Origin: Nanobdellota archaeon
GTDB taxonomy: Archaea; Nanobdellota; Nanobdellia; Woesearchaeales; WJIZ01
DNA: 53,925 nucleotides
NCBI GenBank assembly: GCA_030647105.1
Contig: JAUSJW010000100.1
Location: 1 to 53,925 of the forward strand
Direction of reading: 5' to 3'
This document shows positions 16,374 to 24,553 of this stretch, one piece after another. Each line of letters opens with the position of its first letter. Within the stretch, counting starts at the first letter, position 1. The position numbers and the translations under genes are program-made. The notes below the pieces were generated by a model. It was given only the letters and a program-made list of their open reading frames with translations, ran no database searches and was not told where the DNA came from.

Positions 16374-16846
16374 TTCTCCCTCGCGCGGTGATACGCTGTC
16401 CAGACCGTGCGCTGGTTTCTGTCAATGAGCCGGGCGATATCAGCGAAGCTCAGCTTGCGCTGCTCGTGCAAGTAGGTGACGAGGTTCTCAAGAAGGGAAC
16501 GCGGCTTTTTGCCGAGCGTCTCCACCGGGAGGTCGTGCGGCGAAGCTCCCGGCCAGACGCGTTTCTGCAGCTTTCTGCGCGCGTCGCTAACAGCCTGCCA
16601 GATGCCCTGCTTGCTGCGGCAGAGCAGGCGCGCGACAGTTGTGATGCTCAACTGGCGTTCCTCGACAAGGTACGTCGCGACGGCTTCGAGCGGACTCAGA
16701 CCCAGGGCAAGAACGGTGGGCGGAACACGGATGCCCTGGGCGAGCGCGACGAGCTCGGAAGAAGAGAGGCGGTAGTCCTGCTGCAGGCTGTCCAGCAGCC
16801 TTCTCAGTTCCAGAAATCGAGTATCACTGCCTACCGCGCGCCGCAT
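16370..16846 (-). CDS. tandem helix-turn-helix protein (two sigma70-r4/LuxR/HTH_10-like units)
   Basis: LSPLEAVATYLVEERQLSITTVARLLCRSKQGIWQAVSDARRKL and LLENLVTYLHEQRKLSFADIARLIDRNQRTVWTAYHRAREK. TATA 25 nt upstream. Confidence 0.7.
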   Translation of the reverse strand: MRRAVGSDTRFLELRRLLDSLQQDYRLSSSELVALAQGIRVPPTVLALGLSPLEAVATYLVEERQLSITTVARLLCRSKQGIWQAVSDARRKLQKRVWPGASPHDLPVETLGKKPRSLLENLVTYLHEQRKLSFADIARLIDRNQRTVWTAYHRAREK

Positions 16847-16870
16847 TGGTAACTATATGTAGGTAATTTC

Positions 16871-16880
16871 TTTATAAATA
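16871..16880 (-). promoter_or_regulatory. TATA box for the tandem-HTH operon
   Basis: TTTATAAATA, 25 nt from ATG 16846. Confidence 0.65.
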
Positions 16881-16937
16881 TTTCCAATTAGTAAATATAT
16901 GTAAGTAAGCTTCAGGAAAGGCGCTTAGGCAGAAATG

Positions 16938-16945
16938 TTTATATA
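16938..16945 (+). promoter_or_regulatory. TATA box for the pilin-like gene pair
   Basis: TTTATATA, 23 nt upstream of ATG 16968. Confidence 0.7.
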
Positions 16946-16967
16946 GGTTCCACGCCAGAGAGAAAGT

Positions 16968-17414
16968 ATGGGAAAAAGAGGCAGGAGAGCGCAGTACTCT
17001 ATGGAGTTTATGCTGGTCTTCTCGTTCTCCCTGCTGATTGTGCTCCCGCTCATTATGCTCCTTCAATCAGAGTACAATCAGAACAAAGAAGTGCTCAACG
17101 TCGCGCAGGCTCGCAAGGTGCTTGACCAGATTTCTATCACCGCGCAGAAAACCTACTACGCTGGCCCGCCCAGCCGCAACACCCTAGAAGTCATCGTTCC
17201 TGCGGGGGTCACCAACATCAGCGTGACCAATATCGACGGCGCGAACCGAAAATCTGAGTTGGTTATCACGGTCGACAGGGGCATGGACCAGGACACGCTG
17301 GTAGATGTCCTGCCCTTCTGGATAAACATCTCACTTTCCCCCTCTTCAGGCACCCGCAAAATCCTCCTCAAGGCAGAGGACACAAGAATCATCAACATCA
17401 CCGAAATCGCATGA
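16968..17414 (+). CDS. class III signal peptide (archaeal type IV pilin-like) protein
   Basis: MGKRGRRA-QYSMEFMLVFSFSLLIVLPLIML fits the QxSxE class III motif followed by a hydrophobic helix. Confidence 0.75.
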   Translation: MGKRGRRAQYSMEFMLVFSFSLLIVLPLIMLLQSEYNQNKEVLNVAQARKVLDQISITAQKTYYAGPPSRNTLEVIVPAGVTNISVTNIDGANRKSELVITVDRGMDQDTLVDVLPFWINISLSPSSGTRKILLKAEDTRIINITEIA

Positions 17415-17932
17415 GACGCGCCCAGTACTCCCTGGAGTTTATGATATTCATGGCGATGCTCTCCGTGCTTTTTCTCGCCTTCCTGGTCAATTATACAGAC
17501 TCCCTCCAGCAGCTGTTTGTCGACCGTGAAAAAGCAGCGTTCGATGACCTCGGCCAAAGTATCCGCACCACGCTCATCGCGACCTCGAAGGTGATAGACG
17601 GATTCAAAATAACCCTCCCGGAGATTCCGGAGACCATAGCGGGCATCGAATTCGAGATTAACAATACACCCTATTATTTCTATCTGAGCAACAGCAAAAC
17701 CGATTATGTGTATAGCATGCCCTACACAATTGGAAAGTTCAGGAAAGGGAGCAATGTGCTCTGGAATGTGGAAGGCGTGCTGGCTCTCAGCGATTATCCC
17801 CCGATAGTCCGAGCAGACGGTGTTGTGAATTTCACCCAGTGCAACGATCTCGTGGACAACGACGAGGACAGCTTCGTCGACCTAGGTGATGTGAATTGCA
17901 CAGTTTGGTCTCAGGATAATGAAACCGGCTAA
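17411..17932 (+). CDS. class III signal peptide (archaeal type IV pilin-like) protein with C-terminal Asp/Cys metal-loop-like motif
   Basis: MRRA-QYSLEFMIFMAMLSVLFLAFLV. C-terminal CNDLVDNDEDSFVDLGDVNC. 4-nt overlap with the previous gene. Confidence 0.75.
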   Translation: MRRAQYSLEFMIFMAMLSVLFLAFLVNYTDSLQQLFVDREKAAFDDLGQSIRTTLIATSKVIDGFKITLPEIPETIAGIEFEINNTPYYFYLSNSKTDYVYSMPYTIGKFRKGSNVLWNVEGVLALSDYPPIVRADGVVNFTQCNDLVDNDEDSFVDLGDVNCTVWSQDNETG

Positions 17933-17947
17933 TGAACACCTTAGAGG

Positions 17948-19423
17948 TTAACAGCGGGAAAGAAGGTACAGTTTCAAATCCGAAAGCTTGACACGCTCTT
18001 GTTTGGTGGTATCTCGCTCCCTAACGGTAACTGCCTTATCAGCGAGAGTATCAAAGTCTACCGTGACGCAGAACGGAATGCCTTGTTCATCGGCGCGCGC
18101 GTATCTCCTTCCGATGCTTCCGCCCGTGTCGAAGACGCAGAACAGGTCTTTCTTCAGGAGGTCGTAGACCTTTTTGGTCTCATCGTTTAATTTGTTCACT
18201 AAGGAAAAGACGCCGACTTTTACGGGCGCGAGTTTGGGGGAAAGCTTCAGCACGATGTTGCCCCGCTCCTTGTCGTCGTGGTAGGCGTCGAAGAGGAACA
18301 CCAGAAACGCGCGCTCAACGCCAAGGGACGGCTCAGCGACCACGTGCGGAACAAGCTTCTCCTTGGTTTCCTCGATAAAAAGTGAGAGGTCTTTCTTGGA
18401 GTGCTTGATGTGCTGCTGCAAATCGAAGTCCGAGCGATTGGCCATGCCGAGCAGTTCTTTCCAGCCGAAGGGAAACTCGTATTCGAGGTCCCAGGTCTCA
18501 GTGGCGTAATGGCTCTTTTCCTTAGCAACATGCTGGCGGATGCGGAAGTGGTCAGGGTTCGCGCCGAGGGAGGCAAACCACAGATGCTCGGTCGCGAGCC
18601 AGTAGGCGTGCCATTCTGTCTTGATGACGCCCTTCTTGAGGGCGTCGGCGATGGTCATCTTCTTGTGCTCTTCGCCCGTTTTCTGCATCTCCTCGCTGTA
18701 GACAAAAAGGGAATGCTGCTTCACCTCGTCGATGAACGGGCAGCCCTGGTTTTTCGGATTGATGAAGAACTCGAGTTCCATCTGCTCGAATTCCCGGCAG
18801 CGGAAGAGGAAGTCGCGCGGCGAAATCTCGTTACGGAACGCTTTTCCAATCTGCGCGATGCCGAACGGCAGCTTCATGCGCGCGTTTTCCGCGACGAGCT
18901 TGAAATCAGCGAACATCAGCTGCGCGGTCTCCGGGCGCAAATACGATTTGGCCGAGCTCTCTTCTTTCGGCCCGACCATCGTCGAGAACATCAGGTTGAA
19001 GGGCTGCACCTCCTTGAACGATGATTTGCACGAGGGGCACGCGAGCTTGTGCTTCTTCACTTGCTCGTTGATTTCATCCGCAGTCAGTCCCTCGACTTTG
19101 ATCTTCAGGGCGGCCTCAAGGAACGTATCCGCCCGCGTCTTTTGCCCGCACTTGGAACAAGTGAGCATGAAGTCCTCGAAATGCGCTGTATGGCCGGACG
19201 CTTCCCACACTTTCGGATGCGTGATGATAGAGCCATCCATACCCGCGATGTCCTCGCGCTGGTGCACGTGCGTCTTCCACCATTCCCGCTTGATGTTGTT
19301 CTTGAGTTCTACACCCAAGGGACCAAAGTCGAAGAATCCCGAGAGACCGTTGTAAATCTCGGCAGTGGGATAGACAAATCCCTTCCGCTTGCAGAACGTC
19401 GCGAGCTCTTCAATTGTCGGCAT
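17948..19423 (-). CDS. glyS: glycine--tRNA ligase (alpha2, archaeal/eukaryotic type)
   Basis: FVYPTAEIYNGLSGFFDFGPLGVELKNNIKREWW, RPETAQ, GIAQIGKAFRNEISPR, GIPFCVTVD anticodon-binding end. The ORF extends to 19540, but homology and the TATA at 19446-19453 point to Met40 (ATG at 19423). Confidence 0.93.
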   Translation of the reverse strand: MPTIEELATFCKRKGFVYPTAEIYNGLSGFFDFGPLGVELKNNIKREWWKTHVHQREDIAGMDGSIITHPKVWEASGHTAHFEDFMLTCSKCGQKTRADTFLEAALKIKVEGLTADEINEQVKKHKLACPSCKSSFKEVQPFNLMFSTMVGPKEESSAKSYLRPETAQLMFADFKLVAENARMKLPFGIAQIGKAFRNEISPRDFLFRCREFEQMELEFFINPKNQGCPFIDEVKQHSLFVYSEEMQKTGEEHKKMTIADALKKGVIKTEWHAYWLATEHLWFASLGANPDHFRIRQHVAKEKSHYATETWDLEYEFPFGWKELLGMANRSDFDLQQHIKHSKKDLSLFIEETKEKLVPHVVAEPSLGVERAFLVFLFDAYHDDKERGNIVLKLSPKLAPVKVGVFSLVNKLNDETKKVYDLLKKDLFCVFDTGGSIGRRYARADEQGIPFCVTVDFDTLADKAVTVRERDTTKQERVKLSDLKLYLLSRC

Positions 19424-19445
19424 AGCAGGCTGAATCCGTAAGCGG

Positions 19446-19453
19446 TATTTAAA
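19446..19453 (-). promoter_or_regulatory. TATA box for glyS
   Basis: TATTTAAA (TTTAAATA on the minus strand), 23 nt from ATG 19423. Confidence 0.7.
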
Positions 19454-19538
19454 GGTTGTTGGGACGCGCGTAAAAGGCGGCGAGAAGGAAACGCTTATTA
19501 ATGGCCGCAGTTTGCTAAAAAAGCTTTGAGGGGATAAC

Positions 19539-20663
19539 ATGACAGAAAGACAGACACCTGGACAAAGCCTGCTCGCCGACCGTGGCCTCGGAGTAGTCTA
19601 CGGCAGCCAAGGGAACGTCCTGGCGTACCATCCTGGAATGCGGGCCCCTGTTCGTCTGGATAGCGATGAGTTCCACCCGCAAGATGCCCGTTTCGGTCAT
19701 GGCGGCCGCGAGGGAGGCTCTCAGATTCTCCATCTGGAATATGTGCAGGGAATACGGCCCGAAGTCGTGAAATTTGCCTACAGCCGCGGGCTCAGCTCCA
19801 TTCCGCCAGTGCTCATGCCTGCCCTCGGAAGCGAGCAGGGAGAAGGAGCCAGTCAAGAGTTCGATGAGAGGGGAAAGCAACGAAGAGAACTCCCGGTAGG
19901 CCTCACTCACCATCAAGGCGAACTCTATTGTGTAACGCAAGAGTTCAATCCCAATTACCAGCCACGCCTGCGCCTCTATCGGCTGAGCGACGGCCAGGAA
20001 ATCGAACTACTGCGAATGCCAGGCTCTAATCGAGACGTTCAGGAGTTTGATGAAATAGCCCGTGGAAGAACCATGGAAGCGCGGGATAAGAGCCTCGAAG
20101 GACTCCTGGTGAGAAAAGGTTCCGTGGACGTAGCGAGCGATGGCACCTACCTCTATCTCTCAAGCGAAAATACTGTGGCGCTGAGAGTCAACGACAATAG
20201 AGCGAGCTTCGAACGCCAGATTTCCGGCAGGATTTCCAATTGGGTCCGCCTCGCCTCAGATGGGCAGACCGCGTTTCAAGTGTACTACCGTGGACTGGAA
20301 ACCGACCCAAGCGGAGTCCAAGTGCATCGGCTTCCGGACTACGAGCTTGCGGCGCAGTGGGTGCCATTTGACGGGGAGAGCCCATATAATCTCTCAATGA
20401 CCTCGTTTGGCGGGCTGTTCTTCTTTGGAGCCGATAACCTGGAAAGCTGGAACGGTGATTTGTACGCGATTGAGCTTCCGACAGGCTCCAGCCGAAAAGT
20501 CGAGCCTCGGCTCATCCTTCCGGGAGCGTTCGAGCTGCATGGAAATATTGGCGCTGGAGGAAATCCACTCCTGGTGCTGCCTAGGGCGGCTATTGATGAC
20601 CTGGTCCGGAGCGCGGAGCTCAGGGACTGGGAGGCCCAGGCGAGAATTCTTTCGGCAGGCTAG
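19539..20663 (+). CDS. hypothetical protein, beta-propeller-like repeats
   Basis: 374 aa. Recurring blade-like motif: GSQGNVLAYH, HQGELYCVTQ, SDGTYLYLSS, SDGQTAFQVY, WNGDLYAIEL. The N-terminal third is uncertain (weak TATA, competing antisense ORF). Confidence 0.55.
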   Translation: MTERQTPGQSLLADRGLGVVYGSQGNVLAYHPGMRAPVRLDSDEFHPQDARFGHGGREGGSQILHLEYVQGIRPEVVKFAYSRGLSSIPPVLMPALGSEQGEGASQEFDERGKQRRELPVGLTHHQGELYCVTQEFNPNYQPRLRLYRLSDGQEIELLRMPGSNRDVQEFDEIARGRTMEARDKSLEGLLVRKGSVDVASDGTYLYLSSENTVALRVNDNRASFERQISGRISNWVRLASDGQTAFQVYYRGLETDPSGVQVHRLPDYELAAQWVPFDGESPYNLSMTSFGGLFFFGADNLESWNGDLYAIELPTGSSRKVEPRLILPGAFELHGNIGAGGNPLLVLPRAAIDDLVRSAELRDWEAQARILSAG

Positions 20664-21844
20664 CCCTTCACCCAAGCCAGCTCTTCCGAATCCAATCCCA
20701 GCTCTTCCGCGAGCGGGATATTTTTTTTCAGAATCTGCTTGTAAGAAGACATCGATTTCACCGCCTCTTTGATGGACGTGTGCGTATGCGCCGCAATCTT
20801 CGCCGCGATAGCCTTCTTCTTCATCGCCTTCTGGTTCGCCCACCAGATTTTGAGCAGGCGACCCGTCTGTTTGTATTCAACGACCTTCTCGTACTTCTTG
20901 TCCTTCGCGACAGCTACCCCCGCCGTGAGCAGCGCGTTGATGGTCACGAGGAAGCGCCAGTGCTGCCATCTCCGGATGCGCCGCTGGAAAATGTCCGCTT
21001 TCGAGAGCGCGTCATACGCTCTGGCTAAATCAGCGGGCTGGCTATACTCTTCCGGCAGGTTCGCGTCCAGCCACAGGAGGCGCTGGTCGACATCCTCGTC
21101 CACATAATCAAAGGCGCTCACCGCGACATGGGGGTCCGTGGTCTTGAAAATCTTCAGCAGGGCGTTCAGAATCGTTTCCTGCTTTTCACGCATGCCGAGC
21201 GCGTCGAGAGATTCGAGAGTGATCGTGCCGAGAGTGGAGAGAATTTCCAAGTCGTTGAGCGCGGCGCGCGCGTCTCCGCCTGAGCGCCTGGAGATGCTTT
21301 TCGCGGCCTCCTCGGAAAGCCCAATAGCCTCTTTTTTTGAGATAGCGAGAAGAAGAGAGGTTAACGTTCCAGTAGCCAAAGGCTCAAAGGAGATAAGCTC
21401 AGACTTAGAGCGCAAAGATGAAAACTTATGGTCATGGGGGTCGAGCATCGTAAGAACGACAGGCACGGTGGAATCCTCGAGCAGCCGGATGATTTCCTGC
21501 AGCCCTCCGCGGTCATCGGAGCCCGAAAGGCCGTCGATGTCGTCAACGAGCAGAAGTTTCCCTTTGGAGAAAAGACTCTGCTGGTTCATAGCGGAGCCGA
21601 GCCGGCTTGAAATCTGTTCCTTGTTGCGGAAGTCAGAAGCGTTCAGCTCGAAGAGCTCCAGACCCAGCTCCTTGGCGACCGCGTGCGCCGCGGTGGTCTT
21701 CCCCGTGCCTGGCGGTCCCCAGAGAATGGCGGCTTTCTTCCTGCGCGGCCCCTTGACAAAAGACCGAAGCGACGCGATAGCCTTGTCCTGACCCATCAGC
21801 TCCTGAACGGACTTCGGAGCGTACTTTTTAACGAGCGGGAGCAT
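20660..21844 (-). CDS. rfcL: replication factor C large subunit
   Basis: KKYAPKSVQELMGQDKA, Walker A GPPGTGKTT, ELNASD, LLLVDDIDGL, SGGDARAALNDLE. Confidence 0.9.
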   Translation of the reverse strand: MLPLVKKYAPKSVQELMGQDKAIASLRSFVKGPRRKKAAILWGPPGTGKTTAAHAVAKELGLELFELNASDFRNKEQISSRLGSAMNQQSLFSKGKLLLVDDIDGLSGSDDRGGLQEIIRLLEDSTVPVVLTMLDPHDHKFSSLRSKSELISFEPLATGTLTSLLLAISKKEAIGLSEEAAKSISRRSGGDARAALNDLEILSTLGTITLESLDALGMREKQETILNALLKIFKTTDPHVAVSAFDYVDEDVDQRLLWLDANLPEEYSQPADLARAYDALSKADIFQRRIRRWQHWRFLVTINALLTAGVAVAKDKKYEKVVEYKQTGRLLKIWWANQKAMKKKAIAAKIAAHTHTSIKEAVKSMSSYKQILKKNIPLAEELGLDSEELAWVKG

Positions 21845-21866
21845 AGGAATAAGAAGCGACCAAGTC

Positions 21867-21874
21867 TATAAAAA
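21867..21874 (-). promoter_or_regulatory. TATA box for rfcL
   Basis: TATAAAAA (TTTTTATA on the minus strand), 23 nt from ATG 21844. Confidence 0.7.
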
Positions 21875-21892
21875 AGTGCTGGTGAGGGAGAG

Positions 21893-22303
21893 TTAAGGCT
21901 CCTCTAAAATAACCGTAACGGTGCCGCTATAGTTCCCATACGGCGTGCCGGGAGGGATGCCGATGGAGACGCGCAGAATTTTGGATTCATTGGGAAGAAT
22001 CACAAAGGGCTCGGGAACCTGCACCCAGGCCGCCATCGCTCCGGAAGTTGTAAAACGCACGCGTGTGGGCTTCTCCACTTGGTTAATAGAGAGTTCTCGT
22101 GCAGAACCCGAACCCCAGTTCAGCGTGCCGAAGTGAAATCCGTCTGGATCGACATTGATGCCCATAAGCGAGGTGTTCTCAACGTTCACATCCATCGGAT
22201 ACTGCTGCTCCGCATAGCGGTCCTTCGCCTGCAACAGGAGAGTCGCGAACGTTCCGAGGAGCGCCAGCGCGATGGCCAAAAAGAGGGCAGAGCTCAGCTT
22301 CAT
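21893..22303 (-). CDS. hypothetical exported beta-sandwich protein
   Basis: 136 aa, signal/anchor LSSALFLAIALALLGTFATLLL. 4-nt overlap with the upstream gene. Confidence 0.65.
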   Translation of the reverse strand: MKLSSALFLAIALALLGTFATLLLQAKDRYAEQQYPMDVNVENTSLMGINVDPDGFHFGTLNWGSGSARELSINQVEKPTRVRFTTSGAMAAWVQVPEPFVILPNESKILRVSIGIPPGTPYGNYSGTVTVILEEP

Positions 22304-23514
22304 CGTTTTTTCCTGCTTCTAAAGAGAATCCATCCCGCGTTGAGCAGCACGAGGAGAGCCAGCAGGATGATGAGGACTAAGAGTAAGGAGTTCTTGAAGA
22401 ACGGCGCGGGCTGTTCCTCGGTTTCTTCGAGCGTCACCTGCGCCTCCTTTCCGGCTTGCTTGTCGTAATAGAACACGCGGATATCCAGGTCGTAGGTTCC
22501 GGGTGGCAGCTGTCCATGCTCCCAGAATGCGGTAAGCCTCCCAGTGCCCCAACTCTCAAGGGTGAGCGAGCTTGTCTTGAGCGTATCGATAACCGCGCCG
22601 CCTTGCTTGACCGTCACGACAGCGTACACATCCTCGATGCCGGAGTTCCAGTTGCTTTCGAGGTCGATATGAATTTTCGCGATGTCCCCTAAAAGGTCAG
22701 TCGTGACAGCAGTGATAAGAATTTTAATTTCGCCAATGCGCAGCGTTGTGGAGAGCTGCGCCGGCGACTTGCCGCCATAGTCAATAGCCGCTGAAGCGGT
22801 ATATTCTCCGCTCTGCTGGCCTTTGGTGTCCCAGTAGGCGCGCAACGGCGCGCGTTCGGCCACGGCGAGGGTTGGAAGATGGGAAGTAGGGCTTCGCGCG
22901 ACGACTGTACCATCGGGAGCCGTGACCTCGATTTCAGTCCAGAGATCCGTAAGCTCCTCAGTCCCGAAGTTGAGCAGTGGGAGCGTGAAATAAACGATAG
23001 TCCCGGGCTGTATGCGCCTCGGCTCGTACTCAAAGCTCGCCTCGAGGAATTTCCCGTCGTTCGGCACCCGAATCTTGAGGATATGGGAAACCGCAGCGAA
23101 AGCTGACGACCCGCCGCCCTGCACTATCTCTTCAGGTGTGAAATATTGAGAAGTGATAATTTCAGTGTAGTAGGTTCCAGGCTTCAAATCCGCAGGCAGT
23201 CGCAAGGCGTATTCCACAAGCAATTCGTTCGATGTGTGGGCCTCTAAAATCTGCTCGCCGTTCGAAAAAAAGATGTACGGCGCGAGGCTCCCATGCGCTT
23301 CTATCCGAAGGTTTTTCTCTCCGTCAGAAAGGATATTGAAGTCCCCCAAAACTTCAGGCTGGCCGATAAAAATAGTCTCTCTCAGGGGCGGAGTAACCCC
23401 CATAGATGAGGAGCCGCCGAAGACTAAGATAGGAAAGAGCAAAACAAGAAGGCAAAAAAGAAAGAACCGTTTCATAAGCGGCTTAGGTGCTCTGGGAGGC
23501 GAGGAAGACAACAT
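22300..23514 (-). CDS. hypothetical surface protein (CARDB/NEW3-like beta-sandwich repeats, C-terminal TM plus basic tail)
   Basis: 404 aa. N-terminal FFLFCLLVLLFPILVFG. PGTY motifs recur (LKPGTYYTEI, LPPGTYDLDI). C-terminal LLLVLIILLALLVLLNAGWILFRSRKKR. Confidence 0.7.
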   Translation of the reverse strand: MLSSSPPRAPKPLMKRFFLFCLLVLLFPILVFGGSSSMGVTPPLRETIFIGQPEVLGDFNILSDGEKNLRIEAHGSLAPYIFFSNGEQILEAHTSNELLVEYALRLPADLKPGTYYTEIITSQYFTPEEIVQGGGSSAFAAVSHILKIRVPNDGKFLEASFEYEPRRIQPGTIVYFTLPLLNFGTEELTDLWTEIEVTAPDGTVVARSPTSHLPTLAVAERAPLRAYWDTKGQQSGEYTASAAIDYGGKSPAQLSTTLRIGEIKILITAVTTDLLGDIAKIHIDLESNWNSGIEDVYAVVTVKQGGAVIDTLKTSSLTLESWGTGRLTAFWEHGQLPPGTYDLDIRVFYYDKQAGKEAQVTLEETEEQPAPFFKNSLLLVLIILLALLVLLNAGWILFRSRKKR

Positions 23515-24172
23515 CCTGCTGCTTGTTGCCCGCGGGTTCGCTCTCTGGGACAGAGACGTTAACGCCGAGGAAAGCCGTATCGTTGCCGTCGTTGTTCGAC
23601 AGGTTCACAACAAGGAATCGCGAGCCTGCGCCGAGGGCATTGAGGGGAAGCGCGTCGTACGTGGTGTTGCAGAACGCCTTGCTGTAGTTCACGAAGACGC
23701 ATCCCACGAGGAAGCACGCCTGTTTGTCAGTGTAAAGAGTGGAGTTTTCCGGGAACTGCGCGAGGCAGCCGGCAGTAGTCTCAGAGGAAGTGAACGGCCC
23801 CCTGCCAGAGATACCTGTGCCGTTGCCAGCCTGGTCAGAGGTGGTAGTAGAGTACAATCGGAGAGAGATGTTAACAGTGCCGTCGTTCCTGACAATCCAA
23901 TAGTCTCCGAGATCCTGGCTGGAGTTGCGGCCGCTTACAATATCAATCTGTCCGAACTGGATAAGGTTATCGGTGATATTAATATAGGCGTTCGCCGCAA
24001 TGGAGAGGTTCGCGTAAGCGGTCGCGGAGGTATTAGTGGAAAGCATACCCGTAATGGGCTGGAAATCGTTAAGCTTGCTCAAGCTGAGCATGGTTCCAAA
24101 GACGGAGATGACGATGGCCGCGACGACAAACATCGCTAATGTTGCGTTTGAAAGGTCTTCCATGTGTTTCAC
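23483..24172 (-). CDS. hypothetical exported Asn/Thr/Ser-rich protein
   Basis: 229 aa. Anchor LAMFVVAAIVISVFGTMLSL followed by PITGML. Many N-x-S/T sequons. Four Cys. Confidence 0.65.
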   Translation of the reverse strand: MKHMEDLSNATLAMFVVAAIVISVFGTMLSLSKLNDFQPITGMLSTNTSATAYANLSIAANAYINITDNLIQFGQIDIVSGRNSSQDLGDYWIVRNDGTVNISLRLYSTTTSDQAGNGTGISGRGPFTSSETTAGCLAQFPENSTLYTDKQACFLVGCVFVNYSKAFCNTTYDALPLNALGAGSRFLVVNLSNNDGNDTAFLGVNVSVPESEPAGNKQQDVVFLASQST

Positions 24173-24381
24173 CTGACAGTTAGTGTAACGTGCGCGGTAA
24201 TGGGCACGTTAGGAACTGTGAGTTGGACAGAAGCGGTGGGCGTAGTGGACGCTGCAGCCTGCTTCGGAGTTGAAGAGAGATGTGACACTGCGTTGAGTAC
24301 CATCGTGGTGCTCAGTGCGCTTACAACAAGCGCCAAGACGACTAGCACAAGAACTGATTTTCGGGAAATGTGGTCTTCCAT
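24169..24381 (-). CDS. small hypothetical membrane/exported protein
   Basis: 70 aa, TM SVLVLVVLALVVSALSTTMVL. First gene of the four-gene operon. TATA-like TAATATA at 24405-24411, 24 nt upstream. Confidence 0.5.
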   Translation of the reverse strand: MEDHISRKSVLVLVVLALVVSALSTTMVLNAVSHLSSTPKQAAASTTPTASVQLTVPNVPITAHVTLTVR

Positions 24382-24553
24382 TCGAGTTCCTCGTTATACG
24401 CTACTAATATAGGAATGTCTACTATTACGCTATTATATAAACATTTCTATTCGGGACAATTTCGGGCAGAAGAGAGCCGTGCTCATGCCCAGAATAAGAT
24501 TTGTTTCGATGATATCCTTTTTTATCAGGTTTTGCCAAATAGATGGCGCCCCT

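Noticed and set aside
19515-19940. 141-aa minus-strand ORF overlapping the 5' third of ORF 19539-20663. It begins with a fairly protein-like sequence.
   Set aside because: No TATA box lies at the expected distance upstream of 19940. The plus-strand ORF shows the same blade-like motif (xxDG/QGxxY) in this region as further downstream. I kept it as a caveat on the plus-strand gene's confidence.
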